Below, one piece after another: positions 51,482-62,670 of a stretch of DNA of 64,000 nt (position 1 is the stretch's first letter; each line of letters starts with the position of its first letter). The DNA lies in the sequence record NC_042081.1. The stretch is one strand, 5' to 3'. Made by a program: the position numbers and the translations under genes. Under the pieces are notes generated by a model, which saw nothing but the letters and a program-made list of their open reading frames with translations, had not been told where the DNA came from and did no database searches.

Positions 51482-53362
51482 TTAGTACCAGGTACCCGGT
51501 GCATTATAGGAAGGAGCGCCGTAAGTTTGACCCATGCTGCCAGCCATACCAACTTGTGCACTACCAGAAACAGCCATGTTACCCATACCGGTGTAACCAG
51601 CGAAGCGCTGTTGACCGAAGTTGGTAATTAGGTTTTCCATGGTTACAGTTACACCAGCTGCTGCTGCTGCGGCATCCATTGCGGTGATGAATTTCGGGTT
51701 AAAGGTTAGACGACGAGCACGACCAGTATAGGTAACGTTACCTAGGTACATCTTGTCGAAGCCTTTACTGTTATTCATACGACGCACAATGTGGTCATTA
51801 CCTACTTGAGTAGCATACCAGGTCTTCCACTCTTGATCATTACCTTCAGACATGTTCATGGCGCCTAGAACGTCAAGATCACGACGGTCGCTTAGTTCAC
51901 CATGCTCATCAGTGTAGTGACCGAGGTCTACTTCATGATGGTTGTCAAAGATAATCGGACCAGCTTCAGCTAGGTTATAGAACTGACGGAAATCAGTGCC
52001 ATATAGGTTAGTTAGAGCTTGGAAGATCAGGCTAACTGCACGAGCTTGGTTTACGCCACCAGCTGCATCTAGGACTACCTGCTCAAGAGCAGAGTTGTCA
52101 CCCATCGGATCGATATCGATCTGGAATGCAGGGTTCTGGTTAACCATCTTGTTCATTAGCATTACGAAGTTGCTATCGTCTGCCATGAATGCTTCGGTGC
52201 GAGTTTCAATCGCTTTACCTAGTTCTGAGTAATAACCAAGTGCACCAATATCACGCATCTTGCTAGTAGCAATCTTCGGCATTAGGGTACGAGCCCATGC
52301 CTGAGATGCAGTTGCACGATACGCATTACCAAGTGTGAACAGCCACATTTCTAGAGTCCATGCTTGGATCCAGGATGCCTTACGAACGTCAGTGATAACG
52401 ATGTAAGGAGTGAACTGCGGAGGTAGAACTGCACCAGGTAGAGTTACGCCAAACATACCTTGTTGCTGGCCAGTGGTCGGAGTCCAATGTAGATCTACGA
52501 ATAGACTAACTTGGTTTAGCTGGCTATCGGTATCATAGAACTCGTTCTCAGGTACGTTGGTTTTCTTACCACGGCTAGTGGAAATAACCAGGTCGGAACG
52601 AATCGGATTACCACAGCTATCTTTAACCGGAATACCATTGTAGTCTAGGTTGCAGGTAAGCTGTTCGTTTTCTGCTTTGATGTGGGTTGCAATAGAGAAC
52701 GGAGTCTCATTGTTACGACGGGCAATAGCATCTTCACAGATATTAACAGATTCAACTAGTAGGTTCTTAACAGCTAGTTCATCTTTGAAGTCGAAGTCAG
52801 CATACACTGCACGGGGACCAGCGGATAGTACTTCTAGACCAGGGATGTTGTAACGGTTCCGTAGGAACTCGCCGATCTTGCTCCAGTACTGAGCAGTGAA
52901 TACATCACGCGGTAGTACCTTCTCTTCAATGATGTCATCAGTTAGACCATTGTTGATTTTGTGGGTACGGGGACGGATGCGAGTACCAGGTAGGTTATCG
53001 AGTACTAGAGTACGAACGAATGCCTTCATGGAACCGTTGATATCTTTAGCTAGTTTAACAATGAGTAGACCAGCCATACCAACTTGTTGCGCATCGCGAT
53101 CGAAACGATGGATATCGAAGTCATCAGGTAGGTCCTGATGGCGGATTGCTTCTTCTTTTACTTTAGTGAATACTTGTAGGGCATCTGCTGAACGAGCATC
53201 AGATCCATCTAGCCGCCCAGAGCGACGCATTAGATGGTTAATGCCAGTGGTTGACCCAGGTGCGCCAGCAGGACGTTGAGCTTGACGCTGTGCAGTGGGT
53301 TGCGGAGCCGGAGCGGTTGCTTGAGTTTGAACGGTGCCGATTTCGTTTTCGTTAACAGCCAT
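51482..53362 (-). CDS. chmA: Chimallin, major phage nuclear shell protein (ChmA/PhuN), phiKZ gp54-like
   Basis: 626 aa. Q/A/P-rich N-terminal arm, [59 protein letters not shown] and GQQRF motifs match chimallin as I recall it; directly upstream of nvRNAP beta'. Confidence 0.93.
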   Translation of the reverse strand: MAVNENEIGTVQTQATAPAPQPTAQRQAQRPAGAPGSTTGINHLMRRSGRLDGSDARSADALQVFTKVKEEAIRHQDLPDDFDIHRFDRDAQQVGMAGLLIVKLAKDINGSMKAFVRTLVLDNLPGTRIRPRTHKINNGLTDDIIEEKVLPRDVFTAQYWSKIGEFLRNRYNIPGLEVLSAGPRAVYADFDFKDELAVKNLLVESVNICEDAIARRNNETPFSIATHIKAENEQLTCNLDYNGIPVKDSCGNPIRSDLVISTSRGKKTNVPENEFYDTDSQLNQVSLFVDLHWTPTTGQQQGMFGVTLPGAVLPPQFTPYIVITDVRKASWIQAWTLEMWLFTLGNAYRATASQAWARTLMPKIATSKMRDIGALGYYSELGKAIETRTEAFMADDSNFVMLMNKMVNQNPAFQIDIDPMGDNSALEQVVLDAAGGVNQARAVSLIFQALTNLYGTDFRQFYNLAEAGPIIFDNHHEVDLGHYTDEHGELSDRRDLDVLGAMNMSEGNDQEWKTWYATQVGNDHIVRRMNNSKGFDKMYLGNVTYTGRARRLTFNPKFITAMDAAAAAAGVTVTMENLITNFGQQRFAGYTGMGNMAVSGSAQVGMAGSMGQTYGAPSYNAPGTWY

Positions 53363-53434
53363 TTTAAATACCTTTACGATTATGGTTTCTTGATCAAGAA
53401 GAACCTAAGTACTTAGTATACTAGATTCAATTTA

Positions 53435-53451
53435 GTAATATAAATCTCAAT
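53435..53451 (-). promoter_or_regulatory. Early promoter of chmA (ATTGAGATTTATATTAC)
   Basis: Exact TATATTAC core about 70 nt upstream of the ATG. Confidence 0.8.
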
Positions 53452-53674
53452 TTTTTTTCATTGCAACATAGACGCTATAATCTGCTATCAGCAGATCGTA
53501 ACGAACACTATGTTCACTACATATTATTACAATCTGAGTATTATTTATTTTTCATTTTACAATTTCCATATCTTCTTTTTTTGAGTTTATGGGTATAAAG
53601 TTTGAATCCAGAAACTAATTTACGTCAGTCCTGTATTAAATAATAACTATCAGTATTTTTATAAAATGCAGTTA

Positions 53675-54040
53675 TCATTTACTTCGCATGTACTTACGAA
53701 CTGTTCCAAAAAGAGAATGGTACAGTTTGTATAGTTTACTAACTGGATCAACTTTATTATTATCGGTTGTGTCAAATTTAGCAATAAATGGTGAATGTGC
53801 TGAAGCAGATGTTTCATTTACTTTAATCACACTACCAAATCGATATGCGACTAATAGCTTAATTAATTCCTCATGGAGTTTAGTAGCAGTTGCTAATGGA
53901 TTGGGATCATTAGGATCTATCTTAATCCTACGCTCTACATTGAAAAAGTTAACTACAATTTCTTTGCTAGTCATGTATACGGTAAGATCTTTGTTATTAC
54001 CTAAATATAGTGGCGGGTCTTCAACATTATTTTTAGCCAT
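53675..54040 (-). CDS. Early hypothetical protein, phiKZ gp53-like
   Basis: 121 aa, SD AGGA, early promoter upstream. Confidence 0.65.
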   Translation of the reverse strand: MAKNNVEDPPLYLGNNKDLTVYMTSKEIVVNFFNVERRIKIDPNDPNPLATATKLHEELIKLLVAYRFGSVIKVNETSASAHSPFIAKFDTTDNNKVDPVSKLYKLYHSLFGTVRKYMRSK

Positions 54041-54081
54041 TGTATATTCCTATTTGTAATTACTACTGTTGTTACCAAACT

Positions 54082-54098
54082 ATGATATAGATCTCAAT
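54082..54098 (-). promoter_or_regulatory. Early-type promoter (ATTGAGATCTATATCAT)
   Basis: Member of the recurring 17-mer family. Confidence 0.7.
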
Positions 54099-54121
54099 TA
54101 ATTTTTAATCGGATAATAACC

Positions 54122-55213
54122 ATGTATAATTTATTTAAGAATGCTCCGTCACGTAAATTGGGGCAGGTGGTTGATCCTAACATCCATTATATCCGACGAA
54201 TCTACGCTGAGCAAATTAGGGACGTTAAAAGTTATTATAGACGGGCACCGAAGTATGTTGAATCTAAAAATATATTAGCACAAATGATTCGACATTTTAA
54301 CGTAGAGTTACTAAGTGATGATGCTACTTTTATAAAGAACGTGGACGATCGTTCACGTGCTATTATTCGTTCATTTGGTATTACATCATCTTTAAATAAA
54401 GGTAAGGTTCATGTAGGTGGTGTTACACTTGGCCCTCAGACTGAAGAAGTTTTAGTATCCACATCAGAGAGCTTTGATCTAAAAGATCTAAATAAAACAT
54501 GGTATAAACTTTCCCCTGTTACGTATCTGTATCATACACGTACTGATACTAATTTACCTATCATGAACAATACCACACAGGGTAGAGGCTATGGTGTAAC
54601 TCTAGTAAATATACCAATGCTTCTTGTGATGTACCGTTACTGGTATCGATGGCAAGTTGAGAAGAATCCTGATGAAGTAGAAGACACTTATAGGTTTATA
54701 GGATCATTTGTATTGCCAAATATGGTTGACTCTTATTTAGATATTTCTTTCTTTAATAGGTTAGCAAGGAATGCTTTAGATATTAAAAATCCAACATTCC
54801 CTATACCGCATCCATTTTACATCACTGATATGAATCCACGTATTGATAAACTATGTACAACTATCAATAGAGAATCCATATTAAAAGGTGTAGACATGGA
54901 AGGTTTATCATGGATAACACCAGCTATCGTACAATCTAATTTGTTCGATATGATGCGGCTCCCACGAGAACCTATTAACAGGAATAATGAATGGGCTTAT
55001 GTATTGGCTCGCACACCCTTCATTAAGTATCTTGTAGGGCAGCTTTTAAAGAATACTGGTTATGATCAATCTTCTGTTAACACTGTATTAATTGATCTTA
55101 TAGAAGCATCTAATGATCAAGCATTTAAGCAACAAGCAAATAGTGAGTTTGTAAAAGCTCAACAGGCACAAGTTGATTGGATGATAGATGCACTTAAAAG
55201 AAAAGAAATGTGA
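54122..55213 (+). CDS. Conserved virion/head-associated protein, phiKZ gp52-like
   Basis: 363 aa; synteny. Confidence 0.65.
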   Translation: MYNLFKNAPSRKLGQVVDPNIHYIRRIYAEQIRDVKSYYRRAPKYVESKNILAQMIRHFNVELLSDDATFIKNVDDRSRAIIRSFGITSSLNKGKVHVGGVTLGPQTEEVLVSTSESFDLKDLNKTWYKLSPVTYLYHTRTDTNLPIMNNTTQGRGYGVTLVNIPMLLVMYRYWYRWQVEKNPDEVEDTYRFIGSFVLPNMVDSYLDISFFNRLARNALDIKNPTFPIPHPFYITDMNPRIDKLCTTINRESILKGVDMEGLSWITPAIVQSNLFDMMRLPREPINRNNEWAYVLARTPFIKYLVGQLLKNTGYDQSSVNTVLIDLIEASNDQAFKQQANSEFVKAQQAQVDWMIDALKRKEM

Positions 55214-55217
55214 CATA

Positions 55218-55243
55218 AACCCCCTCCTAAATTGGAGGGGGTT
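55218..55243. terminator. Bidirectional terminator
   Basis: AACCCCCTCC-TAAATT-GGAGGGGGTT flanked by GACATA and ATATGCCG. Confidence 0.8.
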
Positions 55244-55256
55244 ATATGCCGTTTTA

Positions 55257-55979
55257 TTAGAAATTACCTTTCTTCATTTTAGAAAGTAATTTTCTACGTT
55301 CAGCTCGGTTAATTCCTGGGATAGCTGGTAATAGCATTTTATTACTAAACTTACCTGGCTTGCGGTCATGATTTAGTAATTGATCAACTACAGCTTGGTC
55401 ACTGCTTTTAACTCCATTATCCATTTCATCTAATGGGTCCATAATAGCTTTAGCAGTCAATCTTAGATGAGTAACTAGTTCATCAAATGAACTATCGGTA
55501 TTAATAAGTTGTTTATCAACACCTTCTTTAAGAGCTTGTTTAATAGTTACGTCTTTTACCAGGATATTATCACATTCCCAAAGAGTTGTATGATGGGTAT
55601 TTAACATTAATTCAAGTGAGACATTATTGTAATCGTTGTCAGCACTTGAGTGCCAATTGAATTCATCAATATAGTCATTTAGACTCATTAACTTTGGTGG
55701 TTCGTTACTAGAGGTAATTAAACCAATTGGTTGAACATCATCTAGTGAACTTTTATCACTAGTAATTGCAGTTGTTTCAGTAGTAACATCAACTTCTTTT
55801 AATTCGTTGGTATAAGTTACATATACTAATTCTTCACTACCGTCATCTAAAAGAACATAGGCTGTTGCTTTGGTGGAATCATCAGGTGCTAATCCATGGA
55901 TCCTAATACGATTATCATTTACTAATTTACTATAATCATTCCAGGTAATTACGCGGACTTCTTTATTCTCTTTCATCAT
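55257..55979 (-). CDS. Hypothetical protein, phiKZ gp51-like
   Basis: 240 aa, SD GAGGT. Confidence 0.6.
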   Translation of the reverse strand: MMKENKEVRVITWNDYSKLVNDNRIRIHGLAPDDSTKATAYVLLDDGSEELVYVTYTNELKEVDVTTETTAITSDKSSLDDVQPIGLITSSNEPPKLMSLNDYIDEFNWHSSADNDYNNVSLELMLNTHHTTLWECDNILVKDVTIKQALKEGVDKQLINTDSSFDELVTHLRLTAKAIMDPLDEMDNGVKSSDQAVVDQLLNHDRKPGKFSNKMLLPAIPGINRAERRKLLSKMKKGNF

Positions 55980-56139
55980 TAGTTACCTCTTTTAATTTGT
56001 CTTTAATATAACTTCGGATAAATGCTCGTTTTTCTTCACGAGTTAACCCAGGTGGAGCGGTTGGTAATGTGATAGTACCACTGTTAATTGCCTTCTTCAT
56101 CCGATCTAAGTCAAAATTAAATTCGGTATGATTTGTCAT
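55963..56139 (-). CDS. Small early hypothetical protein (start MTNHTEF; track extends it to 56172)
   Basis: Downstream of an early-promoter variant; the track's TTG start lies within a few nt of that promoter. Confidence 0.55.
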   Translation of the reverse strand: MTNHTEFNFDLDRMKKAINSGTITLPTAPPGLTREEKRAFIRSYIKDKLKEVTNDERE

Positions 56140-56176
56140 TATATTGAACCATATTAAGTTAGTAATTGGCAATCAG

Positions 56177-56193
56177 ACTATATAAATCTTAAT
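56177..56193 (-). promoter_or_regulatory. Early-promoter variant (ATTAAGATTTATATAGT)
   Basis: Matches the family except for the last bases. Confidence 0.5.
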
Positions 56194-56209
56194 TATTTTT
56201 TAGTATATA

Positions 56210-56230
56210 AGCCTCCCACTAGGGGAGGCT
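56210..56230 (-). terminator. Terminator after the polymerase gene
   Basis: AGCCTCCC-ACTAG-GGGAGGCT. Confidence 0.75.
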
Positions 56231-56237
56231 ATATTTC

Positions 56238-58433
56238 TTAATAGAAGTCAGAGATGAGTCGATCGTTATTTTTATCAATAAGGAAAATACCTAGGGACTC
56301 TAAGGTTAGATAGAATACACCCATAGTGTTTCCAATGATTGTTCTAACGTCAGCAACACGCGTAATAACTTCTGGAATACGACCAGTTTCTACTACTGTA
56401 CTAGGGATATGGAAATCACCAATACTGGTTTTATTTTCTTCAGTAACCCATGCTTGAATACGAGCAGCTAATTTCTTATCTTCGATACCATCAATCCATT
56501 CTTTGATCGCAGTTTTATTATTAAGAGTAACTGAGATCTTTACATGTGAATAAGGTGGATCACCAGCTTCACCAAATGATGGAGCAAATACAGTCTTCCA
56601 CACCAATCCCTTTTTATGAGTTGAGTTATCTTCAGATTTATAAGATTCAGGTCGTTTAGTTTGACCACTTGTCAGATACTCGGCTTTACCACTTCTAACA
56701 GACTCAATAATTTCTCTTTCGATATCACCGGCTTCTTTTAGAATTGAAGCTAAGTCGATTTTCTCTTCAGCCTTTACCGTCTTAATAATATCTTCCATGA
56801 GTTTTTTAGCACGACTATTAATCTTCTTAGGTACTTTACTATCCCTTAGCCCCACGCCTTTAATCTCCATCCGAGATTCATTAAACATCACCCCTTCTTG
56901 GGCATCCTGTGATGCAAAGTAATGTTTAGAACGAGTAGTTAAGGCCAGTACTGCGAAATAATATTCGTTCTTCATTGCAAATAGACGAAGCTTATCTTTA
57001 GATACGCCCATATTAGCGGATTGAATCGCTAAGATATGCATAACTACTTCAGATACTAGAAACACTAGTGCAAATACTAGTCGTTTAGCTTCATTGCTAA
57101 AAGTTACTTTACCAAAGAATTCCTCAACCCACCATTGTAATGTAAACATAGTGGAGTCAGTATCTGAAATAACAGCAGCTCGCCTATATACCGTTGGAAA
57201 AGCATGAATACTTGATGGTACACATTTAGTCAAGAAGAAAGCTTCAATCAATAGACGATATTCATTAAGAGTTTCAGCGATATTTCGACCAGTTGCAAAA
57301 ATTTGATTCAGTGTATCTGGATCAGATTCTTTTAGTTTAGCTTTAGATCGACCTTTAACAGTATCAAAGCAAATAAAGCTAGCCAAAAGATCCATATCAC
57401 CATCATAAGTTGAATATTCTTCTTCAGTGATGATTTGTTCTTTTGTTCCAACCTGGCTTAATTTAATTAGAAAGCTCTTGATTAATTCTTTATTGTATTT
57501 ATATAAGTGATATAGATCACCTACATACATAACTGCTGCTCGTTCGACTGGTGTCATCCCAGTAGCTAGTTTTAAAATCTGTGCCGTGTAATACTTATTT
57601 TGCCAATAGTGTTTAGTTGAATAAAGAACCATATCAACTACTTCTTCTGGCGTTGGGCAATGTAGATTAAAATTAGTTACTGCTTTTTGAATTAACTCCA
57701 TATCAGCTACATTAATAATATTTACTAAATTAGCTTTTGTGATTTCCGGAGTATAATAATGCCTATTACCCATAATGAATTTTTCATTATTTGAGTTAGC
57801 ATAAGAGGTACCAGTTCTACAAGTAGATGTTAAACTAGAGTGTGTGGACTTATAATAAAGAATAGTGGCAGCAGATACCGTACCTCCTGAATATGAGTTA
57901 TTGTTAATTTTGAAGTTTTCTTGTTCACCTTTACGTACTTGTGCAAGTTCTGTTTTAATTTGTGAATTCTCTTTATCGCCGGCCTGTAGGAAAGCAGCTG
58001 CTTCACGTTCAGCCTGCATCTGCTCACCTTTAACACGCTTACGGTTTTTCACACCTTCAGCAATATAGATGGAGTGCGTCGACTGTCTAACAGACTCTGG
58101 TAAATATGCGGTCATTGATGGAGATAATAATAGATTCTGTTTCTTAACACGGTTAAGGAAAGCCATAAATGAAACAGTCTTTAATTCCCTATCACCAAAC
58201 TTATTTTTATCTAGGATAGTTGCTACTGGGTTACGAAGTGCATATTCGCCATTTTGACGTAATTGTTCTTTAACAAATTCTTTACATTCTTCTAAACTAA
58301 TATTTAATTCATCTTTTGTCATTAATTGAAGATATTTGGCATTATCATCAAGACATGCATTAATGATATCAATATCACGATGGTAATCATTGACATCTTT
58401 TAAAAACGGATTTGGTTGGGCAAATGCGGTCAT
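56238..58433 (-). CDS. Family B DNA polymerase, catalytic half (motifs B and C), phiKZ gp50-like
   Basis: Motif B KINNNSYSG, motif C ISDTDS, KNEY..K.Y and IKGVGL. Confidence 0.9.
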   Translation of the reverse strand: MTAFAQPNPFLKDVNDYHRDIDIINACLDDNAKYLQLMTKDELNISLEECKEFVKEQLRQNGEYALRNPVATILDKNKFGDRELKTVSFMAFLNRVKKQNLLLSPSMTAYLPESVRQSTHSIYIAEGVKNRKRVKGEQMQAEREAAAFLQAGDKENSQIKTELAQVRKGEQENFKINNNSYSGGTVSAATILYYKSTHSSLTSTCRTGTSYANSNNEKFIMGNRHYYTPEITKANLVNIINVADMELIQKAVTNFNLHCPTPEEVVDMVLYSTKHYWQNKYYTAQILKLATGMTPVERAAVMYVGDLYHLYKYNKELIKSFLIKLSQVGTKEQIITEEEYSTYDGDMDLLASFICFDTVKGRSKAKLKESDPDTLNQIFATGRNIAETLNEYRLLIEAFFLTKCVPSSIHAFPTVYRRAAVISDTDSTMFTLQWWVEEFFGKVTFSNEAKRLVFALVFLVSEVVMHILAIQSANMGVSKDKLRLFAMKNEYYFAVLALTTRSKHYFASQDAQEGVMFNESRMEIKGVGLRDSKVPKKINSRAKKLMEDIIKTVKAEEKIDLASILKEAGDIEREIIESVRSGKAEYLTSGQTKRPESYKSEDNSTHKKGLVWKTVFAPSFGEAGDPPYSHVKISVTLNNKTAIKEWIDGIEDKKLAARIQAWVTEENKTSIGDFHIPSTVVETGRIPEVITRVADVRTIIGNTMGVFYLTLESLGIFLIDKNNDRLISDFY

Positions 58434-58606
58434 TTCACATATCTCTCAGTATACTTATTTTTAATTATAGTGAATGATTTCTCTCTCTTTAACTAAAAAA
58501 GAAAAGGAAAGAATGGGTACCCTATACGGGCACCCTAAATTGAGAGGTAGCACATCAACTTACATTCACATTAGATGATGTAAGCAAGTAAAAATAATAC
58601 AACATA

Positions 58607-58629
58607 AAAGGAGCCATTATGGCTCCTTT
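58607..58629 (-). terminator. Terminator after the 138-aa gene
   Basis: AAAGGAGCCA-TTA-TGGCTCCTTT. Confidence 0.75.
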
Positions 58630-58633
58630 ATAG

Positions 58634-59084
<451 letters not shown>

Positions 59085-59088
<4 letters not shown>

Positions 59089-59468
59089 TCATCTAGTAAT
59101 ACAACTACACCAAACAGACCTTTTGTATCCATTGGCACTGTAATTAATACATGTCCATTTGGATATTTTTCTTTAAAGCTATTGATAAAGTCGGTACAAT
59201 ATTCAATAACATATCCTTTAGTAGAATAATTCTCTAACTCAATATCTTCGTCAGGATCATCAAATGAGTCATGTCCATACATCAGCATATGGATATATAT
59301 GTCATTATTAAGCGTATCCATATAACTTAACTTACGTGATTCTTCAAATAAATCAAGTGGTGTTGGACAATCTGGATATATCATTCGTTTTGTATATTCA
59401 CGAAGCAAATGTTGCGAATATATTTCTGACTCTTTAGATTTAAATACGATAAATACTCGTTTTTCCAT
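59085..59468 (-). CDS. Hypothetical protein (small-ORF array)
   Basis: 127 aa. Confidence 0.6.
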
Positions 59469-59480
59469 ATCGGTTCCTAG

Positions 59481-59513
59481 TAGGAAGCCTATGTGAACCG
59501 ATAGGCTTTCCTA
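59481..59513. terminator. Hairpin, terminator-like
   Basis: TAGGAAGCCTAT-N8-ATAGGCTTTCCTA. Confidence 0.55.
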
Positions 59514-59540
59514 TTTACGTCAATTGTTAATATGTGTCAC

Positions 59541-60077
59541 TTAATCCACATCATTGTAGCAGTCCATACCAAAGTCTTCACCTTCTAGAATATAACCTTG
59601 ATTATGTTGATCAACTGCTATTGATTGGATTCTTTCTACACCATATCCATTCTGATAAAGATACGCTATTTCAGATTGTAGTTTACTAGCCAGTGTTTTA
59701 CACACAGCTGCAAACCACATATTAAGAATACTCAATGCATATTTATCTTGCATAATCACAGGTGCTACCGATGGAAAGTATTCTTGTAAATAATAGTCAA
59801 CCCCTATAATTGGTTGAGTAGGCTGTTGCGCTAGAAATTCAATATATGAATTAATTGCCTGATACCATAATTGTTCTATAGACTGGTGTTCAGTATATGG
59901 GTAAGGGGTATTGTAAGATTTATTGACAACTACATCAGCCATTTTATTAACAATGGGCCAGATATCACTGATGTTAATAACTACGAAACTCGTCATTCCT
60001 TGTTGACCTGGAGTTATGTTATTAGCATCATTTATCCGCTGCATTTCTTGTTGTCTATAAAGAAGTGGATGCATCAT
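59541..60077 (-). CDS. Hypothetical protein (small-ORF array)
   Basis: 178 aa; ATGA overlap with the upstream stop. Confidence 0.6.
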   Translation of the reverse strand: MMHPLLYRQQEMQRINDANNITPGQQGMTSFVVINISDIWPIVNKMADVVVNKSYNTPYPYTEHQSIEQLWYQAINSYIEFLAQQPTQPIIGVDYYLQEYFPSVAPVIMQDKYALSILNMWFAAVCKTLASKLQSEIAYLYQNGYGVERIQSIAVDQHNQGYILEGEDFGMDCYNDVD

Positions 60078-60508
60078 GTTTGAGACCTCATAACTAATTT
60101 AGTTACCATCTTATATTTATCTACTTCTATACATTTAAGACTAGTAATAAGATTACCTGCTTGAATAACTTGTTTTTGGATTATCTCTAGGAAATCAGTT
60201 CCAAATAAATCCAATACCCTTTCGATAATCTCAGCAGATCTTAAGTGCCAATTGATAGTATTAGGATTTCCCTGATGATCAAATACCATCATGCTCATCG
60301 GTCTATCTGGTTCTATATAGGTATCGCTTAAGTAATCTTCTAACCATTGCTCTAAAAAGGTAGGCCAATCTAATCTCTGCCAGTGGTTAAAGTATTCTAC
60401 ATATGCTGCTAGAAGTCTATTAATACACCATAGTACAAAATCAGTCGGCTCACCTACACCTAGCTCTTCCGTAAAAGAACGCGGTTTCAAAATTAGCAAC
60501 AATTGCAT
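60074..60508 (-). CDS. Hypothetical protein (small-ORF array)
   Basis: 144 aa. Confidence 0.6.
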   Translation of the reverse strand: MQLLLILKPRSFTEELGVGEPTDFVLWCINRLLAAYVEYFNHWQRLDWPTFLEQWLEDYLSDTYIEPDRPMSMMVFDHQGNPNTINWHLRSAEIIERVLDLFGTDFLEIIQKQVIQAGNLITSLKCIEVDKYKMVTKLVMRSQT

Positions 60509-60965
60509 ATTGACTCCACTCTTTACCAGTGACTATAGTTAATAGAACAACTTTATTATCTATTACTCTAATGAACTTATAGTCTATTAAATTCTTCGGT
60601 GTTCTATGTAGTAATTGGATTCCAGTTGTATAGAACAAATTAATGAACTCATCCCAATCTGGACCATTTCCTAGTTGTATTGATATATCCACAAAAGGAA
60701 TAACCGTATTATCCTGTTGTAATTTAGACATCATCTTAATAACCCATTGAGTTAATAAGACGATGACTGTAGCTTCATCTTTATTTGTTAGGTAAGTAAA
60801 TTTCTTTATCAATGTGATTAATTGTGGGAATACCACTTCGATTGGCAATACATATACCAGACGTTGTACTTCCTCCGATGTACAATCCATCTCGTGCTTC
60901 TGTTTCATACCACAGTTCCTTAGTATTTGTTGGAATGAGGTGCATGATCTGCTCAGCACCCTCAT
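60450..60965 (-). CDS. Hypothetical protein (small-ORF array); true start probably later (MKQK or MDCT)
   Basis: 171-aa track ORF with a long overlap with the upstream gene. Confidence 0.55.
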   Translation of the reverse strand: MRVLSRSCTSFQQILRNCGMKQKHEMDCTSEEVQRLVYVLPIEVVFPQLITLIKKFTYLTNKDEATVIVLLTQWVIKMMSKLQQDNTVIPFVDISIQLGNGPDWDEFINLFYTTGIQLLHRTPKNLIDYKFIRVIDNKVVLLTIVTGKEWSQYAIVANFETAFFYGRARCR

Positions 60966-61233
60966 CGAGAAGTTCTATTAGTTTATGCATGAAATGAATG
61001 TCTTTAGCATATTCATAGAACATTTCTTCTTTAACGACCATTTGCATAAGCTTCTGTTCTGCCAATGCAACAAGCAAATGCATTGCTTCGATATAACTAA
61101 TATCTAAAAAGTCCAATACAAATCTTAGATAGTTATCATCTTTAATAAGTTTACTTTTAGTCGCTCTTAGTAAAAAACGAGGTTGTGGTGTGGGTAATGG
61201 TGACGTATAGATCTTCTGGTTTCTCAGTATCAT
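60781..61233 (-). CDS. Hypothetical protein (small-ORF array)
   Basis: 150 aa, SD AGGT. Confidence 0.55.
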   Translation of the reverse strand: MILRNQKIYTSPLPTPQPRFLLRATKSKLIKDDNYLRFVLDFLDISYIEAMHLLVALAEQKLMQMVVKEEMFYEYAKDIHFMHKLIELLDEGAEQIMHLIPTNTKELWYETEARDGLYIGGSTTSGICIANRSGIPTINHIDKEIYLPNK

Positions 61234-61582
61234 AAATAACCCTATTTAACTGGATGTTACCAGCTGATGGTAGAACTACCCGGTTAGAACAATTATACAG
61301 ATAAGTTGTTAAATCAATATCACAAATATCCCTATAACCCAGCATCTGATTAATTAGTTCTATGACATCATTAGATGTACCACCTGATGCTCTCTCAGAC
61401 GCTGCTGCCAATACAATTGTTAATGCATATTCTGCACCAATACTATTTTTTATAGATTTCCAAATATCAGAATGTTGGTCTTGTACAAAAGATCTTACTT
61501 CCATTCTGATACACATTGATGTGTCTTTATCATTAGATATGTTCATTATAAAAACCTTATAATCGGTATAAAGCCCCCCCAT
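61157..61582 (-). CDS. Hypothetical protein (small-ORF array); true start probably 61546
   Basis: SD AAGGT upstream of MNISND. Confidence 0.55.
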   Translation of the reverse strand: MGGLYTDYKVFIMNISNDKDTSMCIRMEVRSFVQDQHSDIWKSIKNSIGAEYALTIVLAAASERASGGTSNDVIELINQMLGYRDICDIDLTTYLYNCSNRVVLPSAGNIQLNRVIYDTEKPEDLYVTITHTTTSFFTKSD

Positions 61583-61594
61583 AAGGAGGGCTTT
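61570..61594 (-). terminator. Terminator after the 357-aa gene
   Basis: AAAGCCC..CC-ATAA-GG.GGGCTTT. Confidence 0.65.
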
Positions 61595-61596
61595 AT

Positions 61597-62670
61597 TTAG
61601 TATAGATTATTTTCTAAAATGTATCGCTCAGCTTGCGCTCGCTGATCATCAGGTAAATAATCACCACGTTGATATTCAAATACTAATTTCTCAATAGGAT
61701 AAGTTGCATTCTTATTCTTGTATACAGAAATTACATAGCTATGATACTCTAGTTCATACTTAACGTCATGCTCAATTCTGGTTGAAAAATATGCCATATT
61801 AATAGAACTAACTAGAGGGCTAATATATTTCTCTTCAAATAGAATTAAATTATCAAGTCCTAAATTTGCAAAGAAATCATGGTTAACCTTAGGTATTAGA
61901 TAAGATACTTTAATATTACTATATTGTTTAACAATTACACCAATAAGTAATGCAGTTAACTGTTCTTGAATATATTCTACTGCGATGTTATATGCATGGT
62001 TAGTAGTGATGTGGTCTTTATTTAAAGTATAGCTACTGGCACTAGTAGTAGATAGCTGAGTTTTACGCCTAGATTCATAGATGCTATAACCTAGTGTTTG
62101 TAAATTAATTTTGTCAAAGCCATGGAAGAATGTACGGAGAAATTCACTAAATAAATAGTTTAATGGGTTCAGTAGGTTAAGTGATACCACTGCATGATCA
62201 TCACCATTATCAATCCCATGGATACGATCATATTCCGCGATTCGATAATCTTTACCACTGATTAAAGTTATAACTGAACCAGCTTTAACTACATCCCATT
62301 GGATCCATGTACCACTATCGATATATTTAGCTACTTGTTTATAGATATCTAGATAGATAGTTTCTAGATAAGGTAGTTTCATTAGATTTTCTACCCAAGC
62401 AACTTTATTACTATCTACGTCAGTTACAGCACAATTAAAAATAGCTGCTGCCATCTTAAGATTGGTGTACTGGTCTTTGGCTGTTTTATATGAAACTAAA
62501 CTCTCTACTATATTTTCAACCATTAGATGTAAAAACTGTTGAGCCACATCTTTACTCAATTTCACCCCAATCGCTTCATCAATTGAAGCTGAAGCTGTAA
62601 GCTGACCTAGTAAATCGTATATTGCTTTTTCTTGGTGGCGTGTATCAAGTACAATGAGCTTATTCGACAT
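61597..62670 (-). CDS. Hypothetical protein
   Basis: 357 aa, SD GGAG. Confidence 0.65.
   Translation of the reverse strand: MSNKLIVLDTRHQEKAIYDLLGQLTASASIDEAIGVKLSKDVAQQFLHLMVENIVESLVSYKTAKDQYTNLKMAAAIFNCAVTDVDSNKVAWVENLMKLPYLETIYLDIYKQVAKYIDSGTWIQWDVVKAGSVITLISGKDYRIAEYDRIHGIDNGDDHAVVSLNLLNPLNYLFSEFLRTFFHGFDKINLQTLGYSIYESRRKTQLSTTSASSYTLNKDHITTNHAYNIAVEYIQEQLTALLIGVIVKQYSNIKVSYLIPKVNHDFFANLGLDNLILFEEKYISPLVSSINMAYFSTRIEHDVKYELEYHSYVISVYKNKNATYPIEKLVFEYQRGDYLPDDQRAQAERYILENNLY

Noticed and set aside
53452-53674. AT-rich non-coding gap as a replication origin
   Set aside because: No iterons or repeats visible; AT-richness is normal for this genome.
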